DNA of 64,000 nucleotides from Eledone cirrhosa. Lineage: Eukaryota. Position numbers and translations under genes: made by a program. Shown in pieces: positions 13,857-26,858 of this stretch (its first letter is position 1; every line of letters starts with the position of its first letter). The stretch is taken from NCBI GenBank assembly GCA_964016885.1, contig OZ024745.1, positions 54,064,001-54,128,000 of the forward strand, in the 5' to 3' direction. Below the pieces are notes generated by a model that was given only the letters and a program-made list of their open reading frames with translations, was not told where the DNA came from and ran no database searches.

Positions 13857-15217
13857 GCGTGTGTTTGGTGAATCGTGAGGTTATCGACTGAAAATTTGTA
13901 TATTTACAGATAGAAGTTATGATACATATATTGATTTCTTACATTATCATAACGCCACGGAATTGTGGGATGAATATTGTCGAATAAATTGACCCCAGTA
14001 CTTGACTGTTTGTTATTCTTCATGTTCGTTTGAGATGTTTACAAATAGCAACGAAAACACCAGCCTGCAGCCTTAAAATAGGACGACAAATATATGTAAT
14101 ATACTGTCAATATACTGTAGCCGATCTCTGACTTTTAAGCGCTGAGAATATCTGGGAGATATAGGTTTCAATTCCTCATAGCGGCCGATGGCAACTTCTT
14201 ATCTCGTCTTTTAAAAGTCTGCACATTATTTTATATGCTATTTTGGAGCATCTATGTGCATAAGCTCATCATCCTTTATATCAACTCATAATATATAGCC
14301 ATACAAAGAAAGCGGGCTATGACTATACCGGGTCTCCTTTAAACATAGACCTATTGAATTGTGGGTAACCAATAACTACAACTGCTAATAAGAATGTACG
14401 ATTACGTCAATTTCAGTGCGATTTGAACTTAGATCTTAAAAGGACGTTTGTCTGTAGTTGCTACTACTCACACTAAACTATACTGACGGGATTTAATATA
14501 CCGAAATATCTGTTTATAGTTGTCCCTTTCATGCAAACAAAGTTCGGAGAGTCACTTCCTTAAGCATGTCAATTATTTCGTAATACCGTGAAATTATTCT
14601 CCCATCCTTTCTCTAAGAGTCGCCAACAATTGGCTGCCATTTTTTTGTTGTTGTTATTTTCTATCTGGAAACTATCTGAAAACTAAGCAGGAAATTTTTC
14701 AGTTAATTAAGAATTTATTTTTTTAACTACGGTCTTCAGTACACCATCATTAACTTAATTATCCAGATTTATGCCATTGGCCCCATTTCAGTTTTTCATA
14801 CGTTTAAATGTCTGCTATATTTCGATTTGATGTTTCAAACTGGTACAGTCACCCCCACCCACATATACATTTATATACGCTCACATACATGCACACGCTT
14901 ACACATATATGTATGTGTGAATATATAGATGAGGAAATAGTGTATCATTGTTTGGCGTAAGTCATCTCTAATTGAATTAAACCCTGATTAGTGTCCTTTC
15001 CTATATCTAAAGCTACACTATCTAATGCACCATTCGTATTTGTAAGATAACAGGATGTGATCTAATGGAAAATTTAGCTGCTATTTCTTGCAGGTCAAAC
15101 GACCGAGTTATTTGTCTGTCAGCATAGCTTTGGCTAATAATTACACAGGAGCAAATTTTATCATAAGATATTAAGCCCTTTATACTTGGATACAGAATAC
15201 TATCTATCTATCTATCT

Positions 15218-16200
15218 CTGGTACAAATGAGGCCAGAGAGAGTTGAGAAAATCCCGGACAGGATCGTCTTTGAGGAAGATGTCATCTCCATTTTAGTGGA
15301 GGGCAAAAGACCTCAGTGCCATAAGTGTGGGAAAACCACAAACTTAAAGGCCTTTTGCCCTCTCTTAAACTAACCGAGGACAAACAAGGTGTTATTACCA
15401 ACACCAAAACCCCAACATAAACACTCCAAACCAAACACAACACAAACACCTGCAACATCCACTCCCACACCACCACAGACCAGAGACAACCACACACACA
15501 AAATCCCACTGAAAACCCCTCATTGCCTCTTCCCCCCTGTCAAATACTTCCACAAACACCTGCACAAACACTCCACCACACAGCAAACCCCTCCCATCTA
15601 CCCCTGATTCAGAAGTCTCAGATACGGGAACCTCTACATCTCCAAGTGAGAACGAAGAGGAACCCCAAAAATCCCAAAACAAAAAAGACACAAAAAAGAC
15701 ACAAAAACATCTACAGAAAACACGCACACACCAACCCCACCATAAACACACCGCCACAAACGACAAACACACCAACAACACAATCACCACCAACACAACC
15801 AAACACTTCACCAACAAAACAAACACCCACACCACCACAATCACAAACCCCAACCCCGAAACGAAAACTACAAACAGAAACAGTATACATAAAAAAAAAA
15901 ACACACTACACATACATAAAAGCAAGAAACAAAGAACTGGTGGAAACTGTCCGAAAGGAGCCCACAATGCAAACGGAAGGGAAAACCTTCCCCACCAACG
16001 ACCCACCCCCAAACCTCAAACTTATCAGGGTAACAACCCTACAGTATGAAACTTTAAAAGAGAACTTCCCACACGATGTTGGGCCCCCTTGCCAAAAGCC
16101 CCTTAACCGTGTCCTGCTAAAAGGATTCCCTCCCTCCCCAAACACCACCAATCTGGACATGGAGATCGAACAACCCGACCTCCAGGAAACGAAAAGGTAA
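15218..16200 (+). pseudogene. Tx1-like ORF1 of copy 2, truncated and frameshifted
   Basis: Knuckle remnant CHKCG..H....C near 15317-15358; C-terminal domain YTYIK..TEGKTF..KPLNRVLLKGFP homologous to copy 1. Confidence 0.8.
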
Positions 16201-16240
16201 GTGTTCCTGCCTTTTCTCTCCTTAACTCTTCTTCACCAAC

Positions 16241-19200
16241 ATGGCGACTATACAAGCTGGATGTTTGAATGTACGTGGCCTGGGCATGTCCTGGAAACAA
16301 GGCCAGCTTTTAAATGATTTCAGGTCACATTGTATAGATGTGATAGCCATCACCGAGTCCAGAATTCACGACAAGTAGCAGCTAGCCCCCATATTCGATG
16401 ATTTTGAGATCTACGCATCTCTCTGTCAGCCAGGAGGTGGAGGGGGAGTTGCCGTTCCGTTTAAAAAAAACTTGGATTTCAAAATACAGACGATTCACTT
16501 GGACCCGGAGGGAAACCTGGTGGTCCTGGACGTGAATGGAAGTGAAGGTGGAGCTTTCAGACTGGTGGCCGACTGGGACATCGCGACCAGAGTTTTTCAA
16601 GCATCTGGAGCCATTCCTGGGAACGTCTCGCTCCTTAGTGTTAGCGGGGGACTGGAATGGCATCTTAGATGCACGTTGGGACTATGTAGGAGCCTGTGAT
16701 AATAGAGGGCGTGTAATAGCCTCAAAAATCTCATCAGCCAATTCCAACTGGCTGATAGATATCGACTAGACTTCCCAAGTGCACCACTGTGGACGTGGAG
16801 CAACCGCACTTGGTCCTCTGGATCGTATTTAGATAGATTTTTAATTAGACAGAATGATAAGGAAACATTAAGCTTTCCACAAATGCACATCGTTGCCTAT
16901 TCAGACCACAAATTAGTCACCTGCGTAGTCAACCTTGATAGACAGGGACCGTATACTGGAAGCTAAACATGTCGCTCCCGGCGCGTAAGGCCTACAGTAA
17001 ACTGATTAGTACCTTAGTTAAGTGCTAGTTGACGGGGGCGATCGTCAACAACAGGTGGTGGAGCTCTCTCAAGAGAGCAATTAGAATAGAATCGATAGCA
17101 TTTAGCAAGGAAGTAGCTTTAGAAAAAAAAAACTGAAAAGGAACTGGTAGCTAAAATAGAAGAGGCACTTAGGAATGGCAGTACAGCTGACGTGCTAGCA
17201 GCGAGAACGGCACTAGACCAGTTCTTCAACGTGAAACACGAAGGTTGTATTGTCAGAAGTAGAACACGTGCTCTAAGAAATGAGGGAGCCAAAGCTGTTA
17301 GCTGGGTCCGAGTGGCAGAGGCGAAAAGAGGCAACAAATCCACAATTCGGTCTTTGCAAGACAAAGATGGACGCATTATACTTGAATCCAAGCAGATGTG
17401 TGCGGCCTTTCAGCAGCATTTTGCACAACTGTTCGGGCAAAGCGATACATCGAGTGAGGTGATGGACTTCAGCTCCTACCTCGACGGCGTACCGCGACCT
17501 TCGAGCACGGATGCGGAGAGCTGCAAAAGGCTGATCACAGCGGGCGAAATAGAAGATGCCCTAGGCCGCTGTGGGAAACTCAAATCACCCGGTTTAGATG
17601 GTCTACGCTATGAGTTTTACATAGGCATGCCAGACTTGTTCTCTGGCGTCCTCGAAGCGGTCTACTGCAACTGGCAGCAGAACGGGAGGATTCCCAGGTC
17701 TGTAGGCAGAGGCGTAGTAACGCTGATCAGGAAAGATGAGAACAAGGGGATAAGATAAGCAATTTCAGGCCCATAACTCTGCTCAACACAGTTAAAGATT
17801 TTGGCCAAGGTGTTAGCAGCAAGGCTGGCGCTTGTCGTCGAGAACCTGGTAGGGGAAGCCCAAACGTGTGCAATCCCGACTAGGTCCATACACGACAACC
17901 GATACCTCATGCAATACATCATAGTGAGGGTAGGGTGTAAACCTGGCTTTGGTGGGGGTCTGATCAATTTAGATCAGTCTAAGGCATTTGATAGGGTCGA
18001 CCATCAATACTTGGAAGCAGTTCTCAAGGCGGCCGGTTTCGGTCCCGTCTTCAGAGGCTGGATCGCTGCCATGCACACCAGCATCTGCTCGGCAGTCAAG
18101 GTGAATGGCTACCTATCAGAGCCATTCCAAATCATGCGTTCCATCCGTCAGGGATGCCCTCTCTTCTCCATTCTGTATGTACTGACTCTGGAGCCGTTAC
18201 TGCGGAAATTGGAGCTGTTGCAGGGCATCCCGATCGAACCAGGACTGCGGAAAGCAGCGTCAGCCTATGCCGACGACATAACCGTAATGGTGTCGAAAAC
18301 CTCGGAAATCAGGGTAATCGGCAACATATTACAGGAATACGAAACGTTGACAGGAGCAAGACTAAACACAAACAAGTCTGTCCGTTTGCAACTCGGAACA
18401 TGGAGAGGAAAACCCATGCCTTCCGACAGTGTCGTTGGACGCTGGACGGAAGGACCGGTGAAATTGCTCGTAGTCTGGTTCGGTCCAGATCTCCAGGTGG
18501 ACAAGAACTGGAACGAGGTCACGGCGAAGGTGTTTGCACTCACCCAGAAGTGGGCTGAGTGCAAACTCTCCTTGAAAGGTCGAGCGGAGATGGCGAACAC
18601 TTACATAGCGTCCGTCATCTACTACCGCTTGACAGTCGTGCCTTGCCCCCGCGAATACCTTACCAAAATGGAATGCCTACTCTTCAAGTTCCTCTGGAAG
18701 AAACAGGCTCTAATGGTGAGGAGATCCATCTGCTGTCAACACCCTTCTAACAGAACTGCAGTCCTGGGTCAAGCGAAGACCAAAAATGTGTGCCTGGCAC
18801 CTCGAGTCCCTACAGGCGCTCACAGCCCTCTACCAAGCGGAAACGGCAATCAGCGGAGACTCCACTTCGACATTCTATAGAGGATTAGTGGAGGATAAGT
18901 GCGACAACGTTCTCGGGGAAACTCTAGGCATCGAGGAGAACGAACTGACCAGTCTGTTCGGGAGGACTTTCCGTCCAGGGTCTATGGATAACTACCAGAG
19001 GTCTCTGGCCTGGCAGTGTTACCGAGGAGCTCTACCAGTTCGAGACACAATCTACAGGCTCGGACGCCCTGGCAGAGATCCTGCCACAAGGACCTGTCCA
19101 AGATTCGAGCAGGACATCGAAACCGTTCTGCACGCAATTGTTCAGTGCTCAGGGGTGACCGACCTGTGGAATTATGTCAAACAGCTGCTGTCACGTGTGG

Positions 19201-19500
19201 GACGCATCCGAGTCCATCGTGAGGATCACCCCGCCGCCTTCATTTAAGAACGAAGGAGAGGCGGTTTTCCTCTGTCTGGTGGCTATGGCGAAATAGGTAA
19301 TATGGTGGACGAGGTTAAAAGGACTGAGGGCAAACACCTTTCTCTCCGGACAACAACTTATCCCCTTCTTTAAGTATCACTTCAGAAGGAAGGTGAGAGT
19401 GGAGAGAGAGGTGCTACACCCCAGTAAATTCGCTGAAAGGTGGGTGAATGTGGCAAAAATGGCCCGAGTGAATGGGCCTTCTCTGTATATAAACCTGTAG
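16241..19500 (+). pseudogene. Tx1-like ORF2 of copy 2, multiply disrupted
   Basis: ATG at 16241; GDWNG, KSPGLDG, DQSKAFDRV, RQGCPL, AYADD. Many stops/frameshifts and a ~135 bp deletion near 18751 relative to copy 1. Confidence 0.92.
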
Positions 19501-19750
19501 GTTGAGGAAGATAAACAGAGAGAAGACAGGAACACCTACAAAACGTGTTCCTGGTGTTGAGGGTTGTTCTATCCACGGGGTGTAAAACAACTCTGCAGTA
19601 ACATCCCCCCCTACTGGGGATTTCAATTGTTATTTTATTATATATAGTTTATTGTTATTTATTAATGTTAAAGTTATTTTTATGTAAAACACCCGCCGTC
19701 ACGTCTTGTAATGTCCGGCTTTTGTACGCCCCTGTGGCAAATAAAGAAAG

Positions 19751-19805
19751 ATATCTATCTATCTATTTATGTATCTATCTATTTCTCTCTCTCTCTCTCT
19801 CTATC

Positions 19806-19854
<49 letters not shown>

Positions 19855-19855
19855 A

Positions 19856-19923
<68 letters not shown>

Positions 19924-19925
19924 CA
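19751..19925. repeat. (TATC)n/(TC)n microsatellite directly following Tx1 copy 2
   Basis: Directly visible. Confidence 0.95.
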
Positions 19926-20110
19926 TCCAAGGGAGCGAAGATTGTTGGAAGCTCTGTTCTATTCTCATCTCTTTCTTCTCCTAAAATAATAAAATAAAAC
20001 ACGCATCTATTTTTAATAACTTAATTTAGCGTCAGTATTTATTCCCCCTCCACCTCTCTCTCTCTATATATATTTGTGTGTGTGTATGTGTAAAGATGTA
20101 TGAATGTATG

Positions 20111-20145
<35 letters not shown>

Positions 20146-20427
20146 GTGTGTGTGTGTTTGTGTGTGAATTTGTAGACAGCTGTTTCTAAAATTTTGTTTT
20201 CTCATCGGTGTAAAGTGTTTCAGAGAAATGAAATATATATATAAAAATGTTAAGTCTAATCAAAAATAGATAACATCTTTGAATATGTTTATAAAATACG
20301 TTTTTTTTAAAGATGGGTAAACGTAGACACAATTTTTATGAGAAATGATAGAATCCGTAAGTTTTGTATCTGTTTCTGGGGGATCAAATGGAGGAAGTAA
20401 CTACAACTCATTTTTGATGACGTGTAT

Positions 20428-20465
<38 letters not shown>

Positions 20466-20489
20466 CAGCTCACACCTATGCAGGTTTAG

Positions 20490-20707
20490 CTGGCCCCCTC
20501 GTAGGTATATCTCGTAGGAGGTGTTTCGGGTGAATTAATGATAGGGACCCCAGTCCTCTCATCTCATTTCTACAGCTGAGTAAACTGGAACAACGTGAAA
20601 TAAAGTGTCTTGCTCAAGGAAACAACACATCATCCGGTCCGAGAATTGAACTCACAACCTGTCGATTACAAGCCCAATGCTCTAACCAATAAGTCATGCG
20701 CCTTCAC
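20490..20707 (-). mobile_element. tRNA-derived SINE, family B-related
   Basis: CAGCTGAGTAAACTGGAACAACGTGAAATAAAGTGTCTTGCTCAAGG core, reverse complement of the 5466 element head. Confidence 0.7.
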
Positions 20708-21115
20708 GACGTGGTATGAGGCAGCATATTAATATTTTGAGATATTTTCAGACCAGAGACATGGACTTTATATTTGCATCATATTGAACTCAATTGTAGA
20801 CATCCAAGGTCCATATAGTTGTGTTAAACCGGCGGTGAATTAAGTTTACCACAAAAGTGCAGGTACAGCTTTTCGTCTTAACAATCATAGTTAGTGGATT
20901 TGGGAAACAAAAACATTAGCTTAATGATTAACTACTGGCAAGGATTACGAGAGGAGACTTTTAAGTCATTAAAATTGATTAAGAATAGAAAGTAAGCAAT
21001 GCTGTGCATTGGGAAACTGATAGCAAGCTAAGGGCTTTTCTGTTCTGGAATGTCTCCTTTACAATCGACTACAGCCTACTGTCATATTTAAACATTTCTG
21101 TCTTAACATAAAAAT

Positions 21116-21169
<54 letters not shown>

Positions 21170-21224
21170 CACTACCACCACCACCATCACCACCACCACC
21201 GCCACCACCATCACCACCACCGCT

Positions 21225-21400
21225 CTCAGATTTACGCAGCGGTTCTTCAGTTTTTCTAAGCCCTGTAAAAAGAACTCTATAACAGCCATCACTTCTGAAT
21301 TAGAGTGAAATTTCGTTCCCTTGAGATATTTATTCAGTTGTGGAAAGAGGGGATAGTTGGAGGGGCTCATGACAGGAGAGTAAGGTGGGTGGTTTACCAA
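21225..21400 (-). mobile_element. Mariner transposase C-terminal relic
   Basis: HPPYSPVMSPSNYPLFPQL..LKGTKF resembles mariner HPPYSPDLAPSDY.LF. Confidence 0.8.
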
Positions 21401-21589
21401 TTCGAAGCCAAAGTCGCATATTTTCCGCAGAGTTTCATGTGCGTTGGTGCATTGTCTATCAGCTCACTGGGGAAAGATGCTTCTACAGTTATCTACCCCT
21501 CAGAGATTATTTTTTTAGCGATCTCTTTTCATTGAGATGCTAGATATATTCTAACACATTTATTTATGTATAATTTACTGCTCCCTTTA

Positions 21590-21945
21590 AGGTGAGCTGA
21601 TAGACAGTCTATATTGACTGCTATTTCTAGTGGCAGTTTGGACTCGTCACTTTTGTCCGGTTATACGAATATTTACCGTGTCCATAGATCTACCTGGTTT
21701 TGTGCTGGAGTTATAAGGCTTCCTGTGGTACGCTTCAAATAACCTTGCTTAAGCCAGGCTCATGATGTTATTTTATCCTTGACATCCCACGTATTTCTTT
21801 CAAACTGCCCATACATTCTGATTTCCAGAAGATCTTTTCTCTTCTTTTCAACTCTTTGGTTTCAACTCTTCCTTATCATTCATTTCATACCCATATATTC
21901 TGTTGCATATTGCAACAACTCTTCGTCACAGTTTACCAAATAATC
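21590..21945 (-). mobile_element. R4/Dong-clade LINE fragment
   Basis: Minus strand MYGQFER..S*AWLKQGYLKRTTGSLITPAQNQ resembles the MHGQF..WL..G.LK.ETE.LI.AAQ.Q region of R4/Dong. Confidence 0.7.
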
Positions 21946-22419
21946 TGCAAAATTGCCGGCCTTGTACTAAAAGTAGAAACAATTTTTTATTAATGCTGTT
22001 AATATCTTGTATTAATGCTATTGTCTAATTACCACTAACGTCTGCTGCATTTTCACGACTTGCACTGATATGATTGCTATTCTCTTTTCTCCAACTTTCT
22101 CTCTCACCGCCTCTAGTGATTTCTGCCCCACCCCTTTTTTTTTTCTCCTTCTCTCCTTTGGTGAAAATAATCATTTTCTACAAAAATCCTATTTTTATAA
22201 TACAAATGAACATTTTCAAAATGTGAAATTATAAAAACTGATTCGCTCTCTCTGGGCTAGACGGGGGTAGAATCGAATGAAACGGAAAAACTATGTAAAG
22301 TGCAGCGGGTAGGCTTCTTTAGGCGATAGACACATTTTAACTAAACAAAAATCTCCATTCGTGAAAAACATGTTTTCTCTGAAAAACCGGATCCAAAAAG
22401 GAACGCGGCCTTCTCGTTG

Positions 22420-22558
22420 TAAACTACAACAAAAACTACAAAAACTACAACTACTACTACTACTATTACTACTACTAATGCTACTGCTACTGCAGCTGTT
22501 GCTTCTAATACTAATATGACAACGGCATCAACAACAGCGACTACTACTACTACTACTC

Positions 22559-22615
<57 letters not shown>

Positions 22616-22660
22616 CTACTACTACTACTACTACTACTACTCCTACTACTACTACTACTC

Positions 22661-22693
<33 letters not shown>

Positions 22694-22730
22694 GCACTAC
22701 CACCACCACCACCACCACTCCACTACTAAG
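22420..22730. repeat. (ACT)n trinucleotide microsatellite
   Basis: Directly visible. Confidence 0.95.
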
Positions 22731-22836
22731 TGTCTACAAGTGGGCAAGTGTCTACAAATCTAGAAACGCGGCCAATATCTTATGAGTGGAATTTGGTAGA
22801 TTGAAACTACAGGATCCCGTATATATATATATATAT

Positions 22837-22914
22837 ATTACCCACTCTACTACCCTAAATATTGAGTACTCTGAGACGTTATGGTCCATCTGATTCCTTA
22901 CCACACTTCCTTCG

Positions 22915-22917
<3 letters not shown>
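22837..22917 (+). repeat. Family 1 repeat, 3' fragment in (TA)n
   Basis: Reverse complement of about 7359-7440. Confidence 0.8.
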
Positions 22918-22954
<37 letters not shown>

Positions 22955-23340
22955 TTGCGAGGTTTTTGATATGAAATCGTGTGTCGAAACAAATATTGTT
23001 ATACTTGGGGGGGGGGGGGGTTATATTTGTGTAATATTGCCAGAATTAATAACAGAACACACTCACTGTTTGGTTGGTTTTCGCTATATATATATATATA
23101 TATGCAAAAGTAAGCTGAAACAAAACAAACATCACAGTACAATAAAAACATATTAGTTGAACGCTCGATATAGTAAAAAAAAGTGTTTTTGCGTTTTGGA
23201 CACTAGTCCTTCATAAAAAAAAATAGAATGAGAAATAAAAGATGAAATAAAATGATAGAGAGAGAGAGAAGAGGAAAGGACGGAAAAATAAAATTGAGAA
23301 AAAGTTATAGGGCTGTGTGTGTGTAGTTATATGCATGTAC

Positions 23341-23392
<52 letters not shown>

Positions 23393-23401
23393 TTATGTGC
23401 A

Positions 23402-23492
<91 letters not shown>

Positions 23493-23695
23493 CTGTGTGT
23501 GCGTGCGTGTATCTATAAGTATTCATTTATATATGCGTATGTTTCTGTGTTTATGTCCCGTAACTTAGCGCTACACAAAAAGGAGATCGATAAAATAAGT
23601 ATCGAACCTGAAAAAAAGTATTGGCGACGATATGAGCAACTAAAGCAAGGCAATACTTCACCATAGCCGCAGTTAAATGACTGAAGTTAGTAAAA

Positions 23696-23883
23696 TAATT
23701 GTTTCTACATCTAGCACAAGTCTAGCAATTATCCCAGTGTATTACTGGTACTTTATTTTATCGACCCCGTAAGGATGAAAGGCAAAGTTAACCACGGCGG
23801 GATCTGAACTCAGATCATAAAGGGACGTAATTCTATGCGTCAAAGCATGGTGCCCGACCCCCTACCGATACTGCCAAGCCACC
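23696..23883 (-). mobile_element. tRNA-derived SINE (short family A, ~190 bp)
   Basis: Shared core TTTATCGACCCCGTAAGGATGAAAGGCAAAGT; at least 10 copies in the window; box-B-like GAGTTCA on the minus strand. Confidence 0.85.
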
Positions 23884-23924
23884 AATTATGAAGAAATAAT
23901 AGTATTAGTATGTAAAAAGTTAAA

Positions 23925-24240
23925 AGACTCCCCCAACTTCGGTCACGAACAACCAAGGGATTTGCGCCTAGAAAGTTTCCCCTTCGAAGCAAAAGCCTGG
24001 GCAAGGTTGTTTTGTGAAAGACCAGCAATCACCCATGCATACCAGACCAGCCTCCCGATGTTGCCTGAGGGAAAGGGAATTGCAGATACAGCTTGGAACC
24101 AGTAACGTTGCAACTCATTTGTACAGCTGAGTAAACTGGAGTAACGTGAAATAAAGTATCTTGCTTAAGGACACCATGCATCACCCTTTTCGTGAATTGA
24201 ACTAACAACCTTACGACTGCAACCCCAACGCCATGCTCCT
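23925..24240 (-). mobile_element. SINE family B
   Basis: Reverse complement similar to 5466-5796 over its length. Confidence 0.75.
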
Positions 24241-24999
24241 TCATATAAGGCGTATGTATATATTCCATAACTATACAATGGACACTGTATAGCTAAACTA
24301 TAAGTCTGTTTTGTTGTTGTCGTTGTTGTATTTGCTAAGCCACAAGTTATCCTTTATCTAGGAGACTATGACAAAACATTCCATCCGTAATCATTTCGTT
24401 TATCTTTTCTTTTTATCAGATATACTGTATCTAGAATTACAATATCCAATGTGTTCTTTGTTTTCATGAATCTAGAAGTTTTTCTATAACTGCCCCACTT
24501 TTTACTACAAGTGGCAGAGTGGAATTCCACTTTAAAGATTTTATGATGCAATATGAGCAAGATTTGGCTGATATTTCTAGCAGGTCGAAGCAACAGCGTA
24601 AAGACTCCCTCATTAGCTTAGATTACTGACGTCAATGATTTATGTGGTACGAAACAGTATACTGCATAATAGCACATATATTGAATAGAAACTCAGAACT
24701 CTGCAACAGCTTTTATCCAGGAGACTATAGCGATGACTCTGCTTCCACCACCACCAGGACCAGCAGTAGCAGCAGCACCAGCACCACTTCCTACTCCACC
24801 ACCTACTTCTTTCTCTTTATATTTTAAAATGTGATAATAACCCAGGATGTAAGAGAAGCAGCATTAAAACGTTGTATGCGAATCCAGCCAACAGCGACAA
24901 CTCCTCTGGGATAGGATGAAATGAGTTAGGATGAGAATCGCGAAACAAGAGACCAGACATACTAATCTGACGCCTGTGTGTTTGTGAGTGTATATATAC

Positions 25000-25032
<33 letters not shown>

Positions 25033-25589
25033 CTTAACAGAAAATAGTCATTGTAAAAGTCTCCTCATCTCTCTCCACCCCTCACTCTCAAACATATTCA
25101 CTATCTTCCGCTTTCTTCTTTTCTTTACTTCCTTCATTATTGTCTCTCTCTCACCCTTTCTCACTACCACACACTTTCTATTTTTTTTACTCTCAAAGAT
25201 TGTGTCCGTCTGTCTTCCTTTCTTTTTTCTGTCTGTCTGTCTCTCCATCTCTGTCTCTCGCTCTTTTACACATTCTCTCACTTCTGCTTTGTTCGTTTCT
25301 TTCATTGTTTTCATTCGTTCATTCATTATTTCAATATTTCTTTCCTTCTTTCTGTCTTTCATTCTTCCCTCCCATGGGTAGGAGACAAAAGCACGAAAGG
25401 AAAACATCACTTATTCATAACAAAACCATCCTGATAAAATGGCTTACATTCTAAGACTTAATGGATGCTTGCCGTCGTTGAAAAGAAGCGTAGTCAGGTG
25501 GCAGTCATTTTAATGGCGTTTAAAGTCACTTAGTTTGAACAATGGATCATCTAGTAGGTAGCAACATCCATGTAAGAACATAAAATAAA

Positions 25590-25673
25590 CACCCCCCCCC
25601 CCCCCACACACACATACACGCGCACACACACACACACACACACACAGAAAGACACACACACAGACAAATACAG

Positions 25674-25739
<66 letters not shown>

Positions 25740-25992
25740 ACGCACACACACACACACATACACACACACACACACTCTTTCACTCACATGTACACATACA
25801 TATGCATGCACACGCGCATATACATATACACATATAAATACATACATTTATACATGAATATATATATATATATGTATATGTGTGTGTGTGTGTATGTTTA
25901 TATAACTATATATAATTCTTTGTGTATATATGTGTGAGTGTGTGTATATTTATACACTCATGTAGTATAAATGTCTGTATATATATATATGT

Positions 25993-26036
<44 letters not shown>

Positions 26037-26108
26037 TTCTGTGTGTATACATATGTGTGTGAGTGTATATATACCTATTCTTGTATAAATGTATGTATGC
26101 ATGTGTGC

Positions 26109-26167
<59 letters not shown>

Positions 26168-26370
26168 TATATGCATGCCAACATACATTTATACAAGAAT
26201 TGGTATATATACACTCACACACATAGATACAGTATACACACAGACACGCATACATATATTAATACCTATGTACAGACATAAATGTATGTAGACATACATT
26301 CACAGATATACACATACATATATGCATGCACACATATATACATGCACATACACAGAGATACGTACACACA
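25590..26370. repeat. (CA)n/(TA)n microsatellite complex
   Basis: Directly visible. Confidence 0.9.
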
Positions 26371-26463
26371 CGTGGAAATAGAAACTAATAAAAAAAAGAT
26401 ACAACTTAAGTCACATATGTAAGAATTGAAGTAACTAGAACATAATGGCGGCTATGATAATAA

Positions 26464-26503
26464 ATGATGTTGATGAGAGCAATGGTGGTGATGGTGATGA
26501 TGG

Positions 26504-26568
<65 letters not shown>

Positions 26569-26858
26569 GTGATGATGATGGTGATGATGGTGATGATGAT
26601 GATGATGATGATGATGGTGATGATGGTGGTGATGACGATGATGATGATGGTGATGATGGTGATGATGACGATGATGATGATGATGATGATGATGACGATG
26701 ATGATGATGATGATGACGATGACGATGACGATGACGATGATGATGATGATGATGATGATAATGATTATGTTTACGTAGATATTTCTTCTTCTTCTTCTTC
26801 TTCTTCTTCTTCTTCTTCTTCTTCTTCTTCTTCTTCTTCTTCTTCTTCTTCTTCTTCC
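26464..26858. repeat. (GAT)n followed by (TTC)n microsatellites
   Basis: Directly visible. Confidence 0.95.

Larger units (their letters stand above)
15218..19750 (+). mobile_element. L1/Tx1-clade non-LTR retrotransposon, copy 2 (5'-truncated, decayed, inserted in (TATC)n)
   Basis: Begins mid-ORF1 (LVQMRPER, cf. LM*MSPER in copy 1) and ends TGTGGCAAATAAAGAAAG. TATCTATCTATCTAT on both flanks. Confidence 0.93.
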
